Shown: piece after piece, positions 1-8,311 of the stretch
Numbering within the stretch: position 1 is the stretch's first letter
Layout: each line of letters begins with the position of its first letter
From: a bacterium
GTDB taxonomy: Bacteria > Hydrothermota > 32-111
NCBI GenBank assembly: GCA_046484245.1
Contig: JAWOBN010000067.1
Coordinates: forward strand, 1 to 29,364
Reading direction: 5' to 3'
Length of the DNA stretch: 29,364 nt
Program-made: the position numbers and the translations under genes
Notes under the pieces: generated by a model
Told to the model about the DNA's origin: nothing
What the model saw: the letters and a program-made list of their open reading frames with translations, nothing else
Databases searched by the model: none

Positions 1-16
1 ATTGACCGCCTTTTTT
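1..16. terminator. 3' half of a probable (bidirectional) intrinsic terminator, truncated by the window edge
   Basis: GACCGCC followed by TTTTTT, 10 nt beyond the stop of the minus-strand protease. The other stem arm is outside the window. Confidence 0.35.
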
Positions 17-26
17 ATTTGCCTGC

Positions 27-3000
27 TTATTTGATTATAAGCAGTTTTCTTCTTGCTTCCCTTTCACCCTGTTTCAGAACTGCGAAGTATGTGCCTGATG
101 AAATATCTGACACATTGACCTTTGCAGAATAAATTCCGGGATTCATACCGGATTTGACAAGGGTCTTGACTCTTGACCCTGTAATATCATAAACAGTGAG
201 TGTAACTTCACCCTCTCTGTCCAGTGAATATTTCAGATCAAAGTCATTCCTTATGGGATTCTGCCTTATATCACTAAGACCGAATACAAGATTGTTGAAG
301 TATTTGAGACTGATTTCATCAAACTTGACAGTGGAGCCGTCATTCTTGACAAGCTCAAGTGTGTATTTGTATATGCCGTTTTCCGGTACTGTCTTGTCTG
401 TGAACTTGTAAGAGGAACCATTACTTATGTCAACAGTTCCCACATTCTCAGATCCATTCCTGTCATTTCTCAGTATATTCCACTTGGAACCGTCATTGAT
501 ATCACTATTCCATGTCAGTACAACATCAGCATTAACCTGCATTGCTGAGAGATTGACACTCTGAATGCCTGTTGTGCTTACTTCAATAGATGAATATGAA
601 CTGCTTGAGGAATAGCCGTGATAATTAACAGCTCTTACCTTGTAGTAGTATGATGCTTTAGCCAGGGCATCTGTATAGAATGTGTCTGCTGTTACTGCAA
701 TGGAATCACCTGATGACGGGTAGAAATCAGGGTCAGTGCTCTTATAGACAATATAATGGTCCACAAAATCCGTTGAAGGATTGGGATGCCAGTTGAGCTC
801 CATCTCAGTGCCTGTATTGGTGCATGTAGCAAATGTTACTGCTCCGGGGAGCAGGGCATCTGTCAGATCCAGCTGATAGACATCAGCATTGTCCATATTG
901 ATTGTCCACATATAGTATCTGTTGCCCGGTTTATACGGTGTAACAGCATTGTCACCTGCAGGTCCTACTGCCTGGAATGCTATGTCATATGTGGGGTAAG
1001 AACCGAATACAGAGGGTATGTCTGTTTTCCAGAAATACTCAAAATTACTCGGATCCCTTCTGTAGAGAGTAGGAATAAAGATATTGACAGACCAGAATGC
1101 TGTGCCGTCAAATTCAATACCCCTGCCGTTATTCCAGTATCCGCCGTAACTCTCACCATCTGTCAGAGGCAGTGCTTCAAATTTCTGTGAATTACCGCCG
1201 AGATTCTTTGTTATACCGTACAGTGATTCCACAAATGACGGGTCATATACATGCCAGTATCCGTACAGTGAATCATTGTTGTCAAATGTGAGACCTCTGT
1301 ATCTCTGCATCGGTGTGCCGCCCCAGTCACTGTTATAGAGCTGGAGTCTGCCGACCTCTGATGCACCGGAGAGACCTGCTGATATGTCAAAGCAGTATGC
1401 TTCATCAGCATTAGTGTACCACATGTATCCATTACTGTCATGGTCAATACCGCATATATATGAAGCACCTACCACACCCATTTCATCAAGCAGATTATTG
1501 CCGCGTGTGGCAATATCAAAGAGGTAAATCCTGTTCTGACCTGTTTCACCTGTTATTGTGCCAAGACCTGTGCCTGATGCGAGCATGAACCATCCGAAAT
1601 CCGGATGATAATTCACATCAATGCCTGAGGGGTCAGCAAGTCCACCAGATACAGAATCAGCATAGAAGTGGTCTGTGATATTGGGTGCATTGATAAGGAG
1701 AGCTATCTCCATATCTGTTGTTGAACCCTCAGAGCATGTTACTGCCAGTGACAGTATCACATATTCACCGGATGAATAACCCGGATCAAGCTTGACTCTG
1801 AATGGGTCTGAATTATTCTCAGCAGTACTACCTGAATTAATATTGCCCCATGCGCCACTGCCGTCTTTTACATCAGCTTTGCCGTCTTTGCTTGTCAATG
1901 TGCCTGTGACACTGGTGCCATTGGAACCGACATTCTTGATATTGACCACAAGGTCAAATATTTCATCCGGGTCTGCAAGACCGTCATTATCACCGTAATT
2001 TGTGATTGTATCATAAACAGTCAGTCCGACTTTTGCAAATACAGGCTCACCTGCAGGTGTGCAGTTGTCAATTGTAAACCACATTGTATCACCGGGTGCT
2101 GATATGTCTATGATATGCGGGCCGTCAACTGAATTGTCATTACTGTTGGAACCTGCACTTGTTGTATTGTCAAAATGGTCACTGTCTCCTGCCCTGTATG
2201 CAGCAGTGCCGACATTCCTGTATATTGTATCCTGAGGAAAGTCCACATGGACCTGCGGGTCAAAGCCGTCCTGCTCTATCCAGTATGTGTAATAATTAGA
2301 AGAACCCGGTCCTTCATTGTACCGTGAACCCTTTTCAGATGGGTCATAGTGTGAAATAATGAGACCGTGTTCTGGGAGATTGCCTTCAAATTCACCGACA
2401 TCACATCTATTTTCAATGAGGAAATATTCGCCCTCAGTCTGGAAATTGCCGTTCTGAACAAGATAGAGACGCGGACCGCCGTACGTGGGGCCGTGTCCGA
2501 GACCGACAACAGGGTATCTGCCGTTTTCAGTTATAACCTGTCTCCAGCCGCTGGAGAAAAAGCCGTCTGCATTACCTTCAGTCTGTTCAGGTGCTCCCGG
2601 TATATCATACTGGAGCATGCCGCCCGGATGAGCTGGCCTTGAACCTGACTGTACACCATCGCCTGTCCATGAACCGCCGTCCATAAGTGACCAGTCGCCT
2701 GCTGTAGTGGATGTGTAACCATAATCATAGAGGTCAGGTGCTCCGAATGCATGGAAGGACTCGTGCGCATGAACGCCTATGCCCATTGTCCTGGAACGCA
2801 CATATAGTGTGTCCAGATTGGGATCCCTTGTTATATCCTGCGCAGTGAGCTCTCCTGCATTAACAGGATTGCGGATATCTACACCCCAGGATGTACCCAG
2901 TGTTGTAGTGTATTTGGTTGCCCACATATCAGCAGGGTCACCTGTTGATGCCTGTTCACCGCCGCATCTTACAACACAGTAATGGTCAACATAACCGTCA

Positions 3001-3806
3001 TTATCACCGTCAAAATCATCAAATGTGACCTGTCCGTCACCATTGAAATCAGAGCCGTTTGAACCATATAACTGCATCCTGCCGCCCAGTGCATCCTGTA
3101 CGTCATCCATATAATTGAGCTCCTGTCCGTCACCGTACTGACCGTATGTCTTGCCTGCTGAAACAGGACCCAGTACATGTCCTTCTGCTATCCATGTGCC
3201 GAAAGAGAATTCCGCATAGTATGATTTGAATGATGCTTTACTGTCTGAGAAGAATACAGAGTCCCAGTAAACAGAGTCATGTGCTGTGCCTCCGGGTGTT
3301 GCTGCTGATGTGAATCCATTGGCTACACCCCAGTGGTCAGTATCCGGACTATTGGGTATGTCTGTGCCGAAGTATGTGGAATCATCAAATGCGCCCAGTG
3401 CTACAACAACGCGCCTGTCTGCCCTGCCGTCTTTAGTATAAATATCCGGCTGGGGGAATTTCTTCCAGTTAATCTGCCTGTATTTATTGACAGGCAGTTC
3501 TGCCACTGCATCCGCCTCAGGCCTTAAATGCCTGGGAAACGGGCTTTCGTCTTTGCCTGCAATGAACATTGAAGGAACAAGAAGACCATCCACTTTCTGT
3601 GCATAGGTCCACCATCCTTCAGCATCCCTTATTACAGAGTATCCCTCGCGGGTCTCTGCAAAGTGGAAATGTTCATCACCCTTCAATTCCAAAATCACTG
3701 TGCTGCCGTCAGGCTGCTTAAAGGGCCTGAATCCCGGTCTTGCCGGTGCAGCAAAGAGTGAAATGAAGAGAGTCAGTGCAAGCATAATGATTAAAAGTTT
3801 CTTCAT
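27..3806 (-). CDS. Secreted M6-family (immune inhibitor A-like) zinc metalloprotease with Ig-like/FN3 domains and a T9SS-type C-terminal sorting domain
   Basis: Signal peptide MKKLLII...FA. M6 N-terminal segment QPDGS...GDEHFH. Zinc motif HESFHAFGAPDLYD followed by WSLMDGGSW and YFLIENR. FN3-like YYYKVRAVN. C-terminal NP...YDITGSRV...SGTYF...KLLIIK. RBS AGGAGG at 3812-3817. Confidence 0.9.
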   Translation of the reverse strand: MKKLLIIMLALTLFISLFAAPARPGFRPFKQPDGSTVILELKGDEHFHFAETREGYSVIRDAEGWWTYAQKVDGLLVPSMFIAGKDESPFPRHLRPEADAVAELPVNKYRQINWKKFPQPDIYTKDGRADRRVVVALGAFDDSTYFGTDIPNSPDTDHWGVANGFTSAATPGGTAHDSVYWDSVFFSDSKASFKSYYAEFSFGTWIAEGHVLGPVSAGKTYGQYGDGQELNYMDDVQDALGGRMQLYGSNGSDFNGDGQVTFDDFDGDNDGYVDHYCVVRCGGEQASTGDPADMWATKYTTTLGTSWGVDIRNPVNAGELTAQDITRDPNLDTLYVRSRTMGIGVHAHESFHAFGAPDLYDYGYTSTTAGDWSLMDGGSWTGDGVQSGSRPAHPGGMLQYDIPGAPEQTEGNADGFFSSGWRQVITENGRYPVVGLGHGPTYGGPRLYLVQNGNFQTEGEYFLIENRCDVGEFEGNLPEHGLIISHYDPSEKGSRYNEGPGSSNYYTYWIEQDGFDPQVHVDFPQDTIYRNVGTAAYRAGDSDHFDNTTSAGSNSNDNSVDGPHIIDISAPGDTMWFTIDNCTPAGEPVFAKVGLTVYDTITNYGDNDGLADPDEIFDLVVNIKNVGSNGTSVTGTLTSKDGKADVKDGSGAWGNINSGSTAENNSDPFRVKLDPGYSSGEYVILSLAVTCSEGSTTDMEIALLINAPNITDHFYADSVSGGLADPSGIDVNYHPDFGWFMLASGTGLGTITGETGQNRIYLFDIATRGNNLLDEMGVVGASYICGIDHDSNGYMWYTNADEAYCFDISAGLSGASEVGRLQLYNSDWGGTPMQRYRGLTFDNNDSLYGYWHVYDPSFVESLYGITKNLGGNSQKFEALPLTDGESYGGYWNNGRGIEFDGTAFWSVNIFIPTLYRRDPSNFEYFWKTDIPSVFGSYPTYDIAFQAVGPAGDNAVTPYKPGNRYYMWTINMDNADVYQLDLTDALLPGAVTFATCTNTGTEMELNWHPNPSTDFVDHYIVYKSTDPDFYPSSGDSIAVTADTFYTDALAKASYYYKVRAVNYHGYSSSSSYSSIEVSTTGIQSVNLSAMQVNADVVLTWNSDINDGSKWNILRNDRNGSENVGTVDISNGSSYKFTDKTVPENGIYKYTLELVKNDGSTVKFDEISLKYFNNLVFGLSDIRQNPIRNDFDLKYSLDREGEVTLTVYDITGSRVKTLVKSGMNPGIYSAKVNVSDISSGTYFAVLKQGEREARRKLLIIK

Positions 3807-4080
3807 TTAAACCTCCTATATAGTTTTCAATAAAGTTATAATTATATATACAATATTTATGCCAATCCTAAGCTCATTAATAGCAGACCTTAATTTCACT
3901 GAGTCCCATAAAACAGCTATTTATATGCAAAAGTTTCATATTGGTTCTAAATGGGGTTTCATGCCTGTAAATTGGATTAAATAATAATTTAGAGAATAAT
4001 AATCCATTTTAAGCTCAATTTAAGCATGCAAAAATTGCACTTGCAGGATATTGACAGAAAGCGGAGACTGTCTACTGCCG

Positions 4081-4329
4081 AGTCAATAGTTTATGGTTAA
4101 TGGTCAAAGTCCGTGTGATACGTGTGAATACGAGAACGTATAGAACGTGTAGGATTCCAGTGACTTGTGGCTTGTATGCTAGTGGCTGGTAAATAAGCGA
4201 AAGAAGGTAAAAGATTTAAGGTAAAAGGTAAAAGAAGGACCGGCCGGAGTCCGGACAATGGTAGATGGTCAAGACCATGAAAGAATGGTAGACGGATAAC
4301 GGAAAGCGCATTACGCATAACGATTAATC
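4081..4329 (+). repeat. Patchwork of short degenerate tandem repeats, mostly 7-nt period
   Basis: Blocks: agtcaat-agtttat-ggttaat-ggtcaaa; agaacgtat-agaacgtgt; agtgact-tgtggct...agtggct; aaggtaa-aagattt-aaggtaa-aaggtaa; atggtag-acggata-acggaaa-gcgcatt-acgcata-acgatta. Confidence 0.7.
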
Positions 4330-4355
4330 GTAGGGGTTCAACAATTTGAACCCTA
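4330..4355 (+). repeat. GTAG-type REP-like palindrome
   Basis: GTAG-GGGTTCAA-caat-TTGAACCC-TA: a GTAG tetranucleotide followed by a hairpin. Confidence 0.6.
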
Positions 4356-4378
4356 ATAAAAAATAGTGGGCGGGTAAG

Positions 4379-4412
4379 GAGATTGCCGCGTTGCTCTGTT
4401 CCTCACAGGACA
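4379..4412. repeat. Degenerate GTCATTGCGAG...GCAATCTC-type palindromic repeat remnant
   Basis: The minus strand reads TGTCCTGTGAGGAACAGAGCAACGCGGCAATCTC. This resembles the widespread GTCATTGCGAGGAGCGAAGCGACGCGGCAATCTC repeat (recalled, not searched). Confidence 0.45.
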
Positions 4413-4434
4413 GGAGATAAAATCTCACACTGGC

Positions 4435-4687
4435 TGGGGACGGTCCTTCGATTTGTCCCGTTTTCTCCTGAAATGCAGTAGAAGAAGCGTAAACTATAGA
4501 ATAAATAAACTTATATGCATTAAGATCATTAGCTGTAAATAACAGTAAGTGGCCTGCATAAGCGCCTAAATGAAGAATTAAGGTGATTTGAATAACCAGC
4601 TGACCGGCAGGCATATCAGGCAGGCAAGGATTATATTGTTTAATGGCAATTGCGGAGAAGAATCAACAAATCGAAGGACCGTCCCCA
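4435..4687. mobile_element. MITE/REPIN-like non-autonomous element bounded by 22-bp perfect inverted repeats
   Basis: TGGGGACGGTCCTTCGATTTGT (4435-4456) and ACAAATCGAAGGACCGTCCCCA (4666-4687) are exact reverse complements. Imperfect pairing continues inward (TTCTCC/GGAGAA). No credible internal gene. Confidence 0.65.
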
Positions 4688-4709
4688 AAAGAGAGGCATT
4701 AAAATAATA

Positions 4710-4737
4710 TTGAAAATCATTCAATTTACTGTAAAAT
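4710..4737 (+). promoter_or_regulatory. Putative sigma70 promoter of lpdA
   Basis: TTGAAA-16 nt-TAAAAT, with RBS AGGAGG downstream. Confidence 0.5.
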
Positions 4738-4762
4738 CACTAGAAACTTTCAGGAGGATAGC

Positions 4763-6094
4763 ATGAATAAATACAATGATATAATAATAGGTTCAGGTAC
4801 ATGCGGTTACCGCGCAGCAGAGATACTGGCAGATGCAGGGAGGAATGTCCTTATTGCAGAGAAGAATGACAGTGCAGGCGGGGTATGCCTCAATTGGGGA
4901 TGCATACCGACAAAGGCATATATCAATGTATGTGAAAATATAATGAGTATCAAGGATATGAAACGCTTCGGCATTTCAGCAACACTGGACAGTATTGATA
5001 TGGAGAAAATACATTCATTCAAGAGCAGAACAGTCAAGATGGTTGTCAGAGGCCTGGAGAATAAACTCAAAGAGAAGGGTATTGATATTGTCAGGGGAGA
5101 GGCGTCAATTAAAGGCGGCAATGTTATTATTGATAATGAGCAATATACATGTGAGAATATCATCATAGCAACAGGCAGCAGGCCCAAGGGTCTCAGGGGC
5201 ATTGAACCTGACAGTGAATTCGTTATCACATCAAGGGATGCACTGGACCTCACTGACATTCCGGGCAAAATTGTCATTGCAGGCGGCGGTGTAATCGGTG
5301 TGGAGATGGCAACTGTTTTTGCTGTTCTGGGCAGTGAAGTGACAATTGTTGAATATATGGACAGCATTCTTCCGTTACTCAGCAATTCACTTATTTCCGA
5401 GCAGACAGAGAAATACCTCAGGAAACTCAAAGTCAAGACAATCACAGGCACGGGGACTCAAAGTGCAGACAGAGAGCGCGGAGTTATTACCTTGACTGAC
5501 GGGAGTGAACTGGCTGCAGACAAACTGCTTCTTGCAACAGGCAGGGAGCCTGTAATTCATCAGTCCTTCACTGAAGAGGGTATTGAGACAGAAAACGGAT
5601 TCATAAAAACAGACAGAAGCAAGAAAACATCTGCAGATAATATTTATGCGGGAGGTGACTGCACGGATGGTCCTATGCTTGCCCACAGGGCATATTATGA
5701 TGCAGAGATTATTACAGGCAGTATTCTCGGACACAAGAGGGAGTATGATTATTCTTTCATGCCTTACAGTGTATTTACAATACCGCCTTCAAGCAGTGCG
5801 GGGCTGACACTGGATAAGATAGAGAACGAGCAGGATTACACGGTCTATGAGAAGCAGTATGCTTCAAGCGGAAGGGCTGCTGCAATGGGCAAGAGAGAGG
5901 GCATCTGCAGGATAATAACAGACAGTGAGGGTATTATAAAGGGGGCAACAGTAACAGGGCATGAGAGTGACAGTATTATACATGAGCTGCTGCCGTTTAT
6001 TCAATTCAGAAGGTCAATTGAGGATGTGAAGAATACAGTTCATATTCATCCCACATTATCGGAACTGATATTTGAGGCAATCAATGATTATTGA
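4763..6094 (+). CDS. lpdA: Dihydrolipoamide dehydrogenase (E3)
   Basis: FAD motif IIIGSGTCG, redox disulfide GGVCLNWGCIPTK, NAD motif GGGVIGVE, C-terminal HIHPTLSE. Confidence 0.88.
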   Translation: MNKYNDIIIGSGTCGYRAAEILADAGRNVLIAEKNDSAGGVCLNWGCIPTKAYINVCENIMSIKDMKRFGISATLDSIDMEKIHSFKSRTVKMVVRGLENKLKEKGIDIVRGEASIKGGNVIIDNEQYTCENIIIATGSRPKGLRGIEPDSEFVITSRDALDLTDIPGKIVIAGGGVIGVEMATVFAVLGSEVTIVEYMDSILPLLSNSLISEQTEKYLRKLKVKTITGTGTQSADRERGVITLTDGSELAADKLLLATGREPVIHQSFTEEGIETENGFIKTDRSKKTSADNIYAGGDCTDGPMLAHRAYYDAEIITGSILGHKREYDYSFMPYSVFTIPPSSSAGLTLDKIENEQDYTVYEKQYASSGRAAAMGKREGICRIITDSEGIIKGATVTGHESDSIIHELLPFIQFRRSIEDVKNTVHIHPTLSELIFEAINDY

Positions 6095-6128
6095 TTTACC
6101 GGAATTTGCTCTTTGGAAAAAAGTTAAT

Positions 6129-6282
6129 AAATGCTCGCACATTCTCCCCAGCACCGAATTATCGGGTGTGGACGGGTTGAGCAAAGGTGCTGTTGGAGAA
6201 CTGTCCTCGCATTTGTCACGCGCATAAGGCAATACTCTATTAATTGTAATTTATTGTTTTGAGAATAACGAAAAGCTTGACA
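6129..6282. repeat. Structured intergenic repeat, copy 1 (candidate ncRNA or miniature mobile element)
   Basis: Core 6133-6210 matches 14679-14755 at about 64/78 nt. Nested stems AAATGC/GCATTT, TTCTCC/GGAGAA and CAGCACC/GGTGCTG. Confidence 0.8.
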
Positions 6283-6304
6283 GAAAATTTGAAACATATA
6301 AAAT
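6277..6304 (+). promoter_or_regulatory. Sigma70 promoter of the mutase-epimerase-ptb-rpiB operon
   Basis: TTGACA-16 nt-TAAAAT, with RBS AAGGAG before the ATG at 6331. Confidence 0.65.
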
Positions 6305-6330
6305 AAAGTTTCAAAATAAGGAGTTTATAT

Positions 6331-7902
6331 ATGGATAAAGAAAAACGGTTTAATACATCCGGTATTGAACTTGAGACCTTTTATGACAAGGACAGTCTCA
6401 GTAAGGAGCCTGAACTCGGCCAGCCGGGCAAACCGCCTTTTACCAGAGGTGTATATCCTTCAATGTACAGGGGAAGATTATGGACAATGAGACAGTATGC
6501 AGGATTCGGTTCTGCTGCTGAGACAAACAAGAGATTCAAGTATCTGCTGGATAATGGGCAGACAGGACTATCTGTTGCATTTGACCTCCCCACGCAGCTC
6601 GGTATTGACAGTGACAACCCGCTTGCTGAAGGTGAGGTGGGCAAGGTTGGTGTTGCAGTGTCATCCATTGATGATATGGAGCAGCTTTTTGACGGCATAC
6701 CGCTTGAGAAGGTTTCCACTTCAATGACAATCAATGCAACAACAATAGCAGTGCTTGCAATGTACACTGCTGTTGCCAAGAAGCAGAATGCCGATATATC
6801 AAAACTCCAGGGTACTGTGCAGAATGACATACTGAAGGAATACACAGCCAGGGGCAATTACATATTCCCGCCTGAACCCTCAATGAAACTCACTGCCGAT
6901 ATCTTTGAATACTGCTCCCGGAATATGCCCAAATGGAATACAATATCCATATCCGGATATCATATAAGGGAAGCCGGATCAACAGCTGCCCAGGAGCTTG
7001 CATTCACATTTGCAGATGCAATAGCATACATAGAATATGCACTGAAGCGCGGACTCAAGATAGATGATTTTGCACCGCGTCTCTCATTCTTCTTCAATGC
7101 ACATAATAATTTCTTTGAGGAGATTGCAAAGTTCAGGGCATCAAGGAGAATATGGGCAAGGATAATGAAGGAACGCTTCAATGCATCAAATCCCAAGAGT
7201 ATGCGACTGAGATTCCATACACAGACAGCAGGCTCCATGCTCACAGCACAGCAGCCGCGCAATAATATTGTGAGGGTCGCCCTCCAGGCACTTGCAGCTG
7301 TTATGGGAGGCACACAATCACTGCATACCAATTCCTATGATGAGGCATTATCACTCCCCTCAGAGGAGTCAGTCAATATTGCACTGCGCACGCAGCAGAT
7401 AATAGCATATGAAAGCGGTGTTGCAGATGTCGTTGACCCATTGGGAGGTTCATACTTCATTGAGAAAATGACCGATGAGATTGAGCAGCTCGTATTTGAA
7501 TATATTGAGAAGATTGATGATATGGGCGGTGCTGTCAAGGCAGTGGAAAACGGTTATTTCAAGAATGAGATAGAACAGTCCGCATATCAGTATCAGAAAG
7601 CCATAGAGAGCAAGGAGAGGATAATAGTGGGCCTCAATAAGTTCAGGGCTGATGAAGAGGTCAAGCCCGAGAGAATCAAAATTGATGAGTCCATAGGTGC
7701 AGACAGGAAGAAAGCACTTGCTCAATTGAAAGAAAAGAGGGACAATTCAAAGGTCAATGAACTGCTTGAACATATTGACAATACTATTGACGAAGAGGGG
7801 AATCTCTTTGAACCTGTTCTTGAAGCAGTGGAACATAAAGCTACACTGGGAGAAATAGTCAATGTAATGAAGAATAAATGGGGGTTGTTTGACAATGATT
7901 AA
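6331..7902 (+). CDS. Methylmalonyl-CoA mutase, substrate-binding (large) subunit of a split-type enzyme
   Basis: PG.PPFTRGVYPSMY, WTMRQYAGF (Tyr89 equivalent), QNDILKEYTARG (Arg207 equivalent), SISGYHIREAG, TQSLHTNSYDEAL. No C-terminal DxHxxG B12-binding domain. Confidence 0.92.
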   Translation: MDKEKRFNTSGIELETFYDKDSLSKEPELGQPGKPPFTRGVYPSMYRGRLWTMRQYAGFGSAAETNKRFKYLLDNGQTGLSVAFDLPTQLGIDSDNPLAEGEVGKVGVAVSSIDDMEQLFDGIPLEKVSTSMTINATTIAVLAMYTAVAKKQNADISKLQGTVQNDILKEYTARGNYIFPPEPSMKLTADIFEYCSRNMPKWNTISISGYHIREAGSTAAQELAFTFADAIAYIEYALKRGLKIDDFAPRLSFFFNAHNNFFEEIAKFRASRRIWARIMKERFNASNPKSMRLRFHTQTAGSMLTAQQPRNNIVRVALQALAAVMGGTQSLHTNSYDEALSLPSEESVNIALRTQQIIAYESGVADVVDPLGGSYFIEKMTDEIEQLVFEYIEKIDDMGGAVKAVENGYFKNEIEQSAYQYQKAIESKERIIVGLNKFRADEEVKPERIKIDESIGADRKKALAQLKEKRDNSKVNELLEHIDNTIDEEGNLFEPVLEAVEHKATLGEIVNVMKNKWGLFDND

Positions 7903-8311
7903 AAAATTCAATCATATTGCAGTTGCAGTATCCGATATTGAAAAAAGCATAGAAACATACAGCAGACTGTTTGACACTGAACCGCTGGATGTCCTGACAG
8001 TGGAAGAACAGGGAGTGAGGGTTGCAATATTTAATATTGACGGAGTGATGTATGAACTCATCAAACCGCTGGACCTGGACAATCCTATTGCCCGCTTTAT
8101 TGATTCAAGGGGCAATGCACTCCATCATGTTGCGTTTTCCGTTGACAGTATCAATGAGGCAATAGGACACTTTAATGAAAGGGGATTCAAGACAATAGGC
8201 AGTGAACCGAGAACAGGAGCAGAGGGCAAACCGATAATATTCATGCATCCCAAGACAACAGACGGGATTTTAATTGAATTAATTGAGGATAAACAGAAGG
8301 AGTTGTTATGA
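7895..8311 (+). CDS. mce: Methylmalonyl-CoA epimerase (VOC fold)
   Basis: NHIAVAV, EEQGVRVA, LHHVAFSVD, GAEGKPIIFMHPKTTDGILIELIE. Overlaps the mutase stop. Confidence 0.9.
   Translation: MIKKFNHIAVAVSDIEKSIETYSRLFDTEPLDVLTVEEQGVRVAIFNIDGVMYELIKPLDLDNPIARFIDSRGNALHHVAFSVDSINEAIGHFNERGFKTIGSEPRTGAEGKPIIFMHPKTTDGILIELIEDKQKELL

Noticed and set aside
4081..4329. CRISPR array
   Set aside because: There is no constant 23-47 bp repeat with unique spacers and there are no cas genes.
4097..4614. ORFs 4097-4318 and 4324-4614 (minus strand)
   Set aside because: They are translations of repeat DNA, with no RBS and no recognisable protein features.
4807..5451. Long antisense or alternate-frame ORFs (e.g. 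4807-5451, 6381-6857, 13558-14019, 16749-17216)
   Set aside because: They are shadows of well-supported genes and have no motifs of their own.
6129..6282. Cobalamin riboswitch upstream of the B12-dependent mutase
   Set aside because: Only fragments resemble it (AGGTGC, ACTGTCCYCGC). The GGTGnAAnTCC, GCCACTG and AGYCAG motifs are absent. The element lies upstream of the promoter and recurs before unrelated genes.
6331..7902. Isobutyryl-CoA mutase (icmA)
   Set aside because: RQYAG (Tyr) and KEYTAR (Arg) match methylmalonyl-CoA mutase, whereas Icm has Phe and Gln. The adjacent epimerase agrees.
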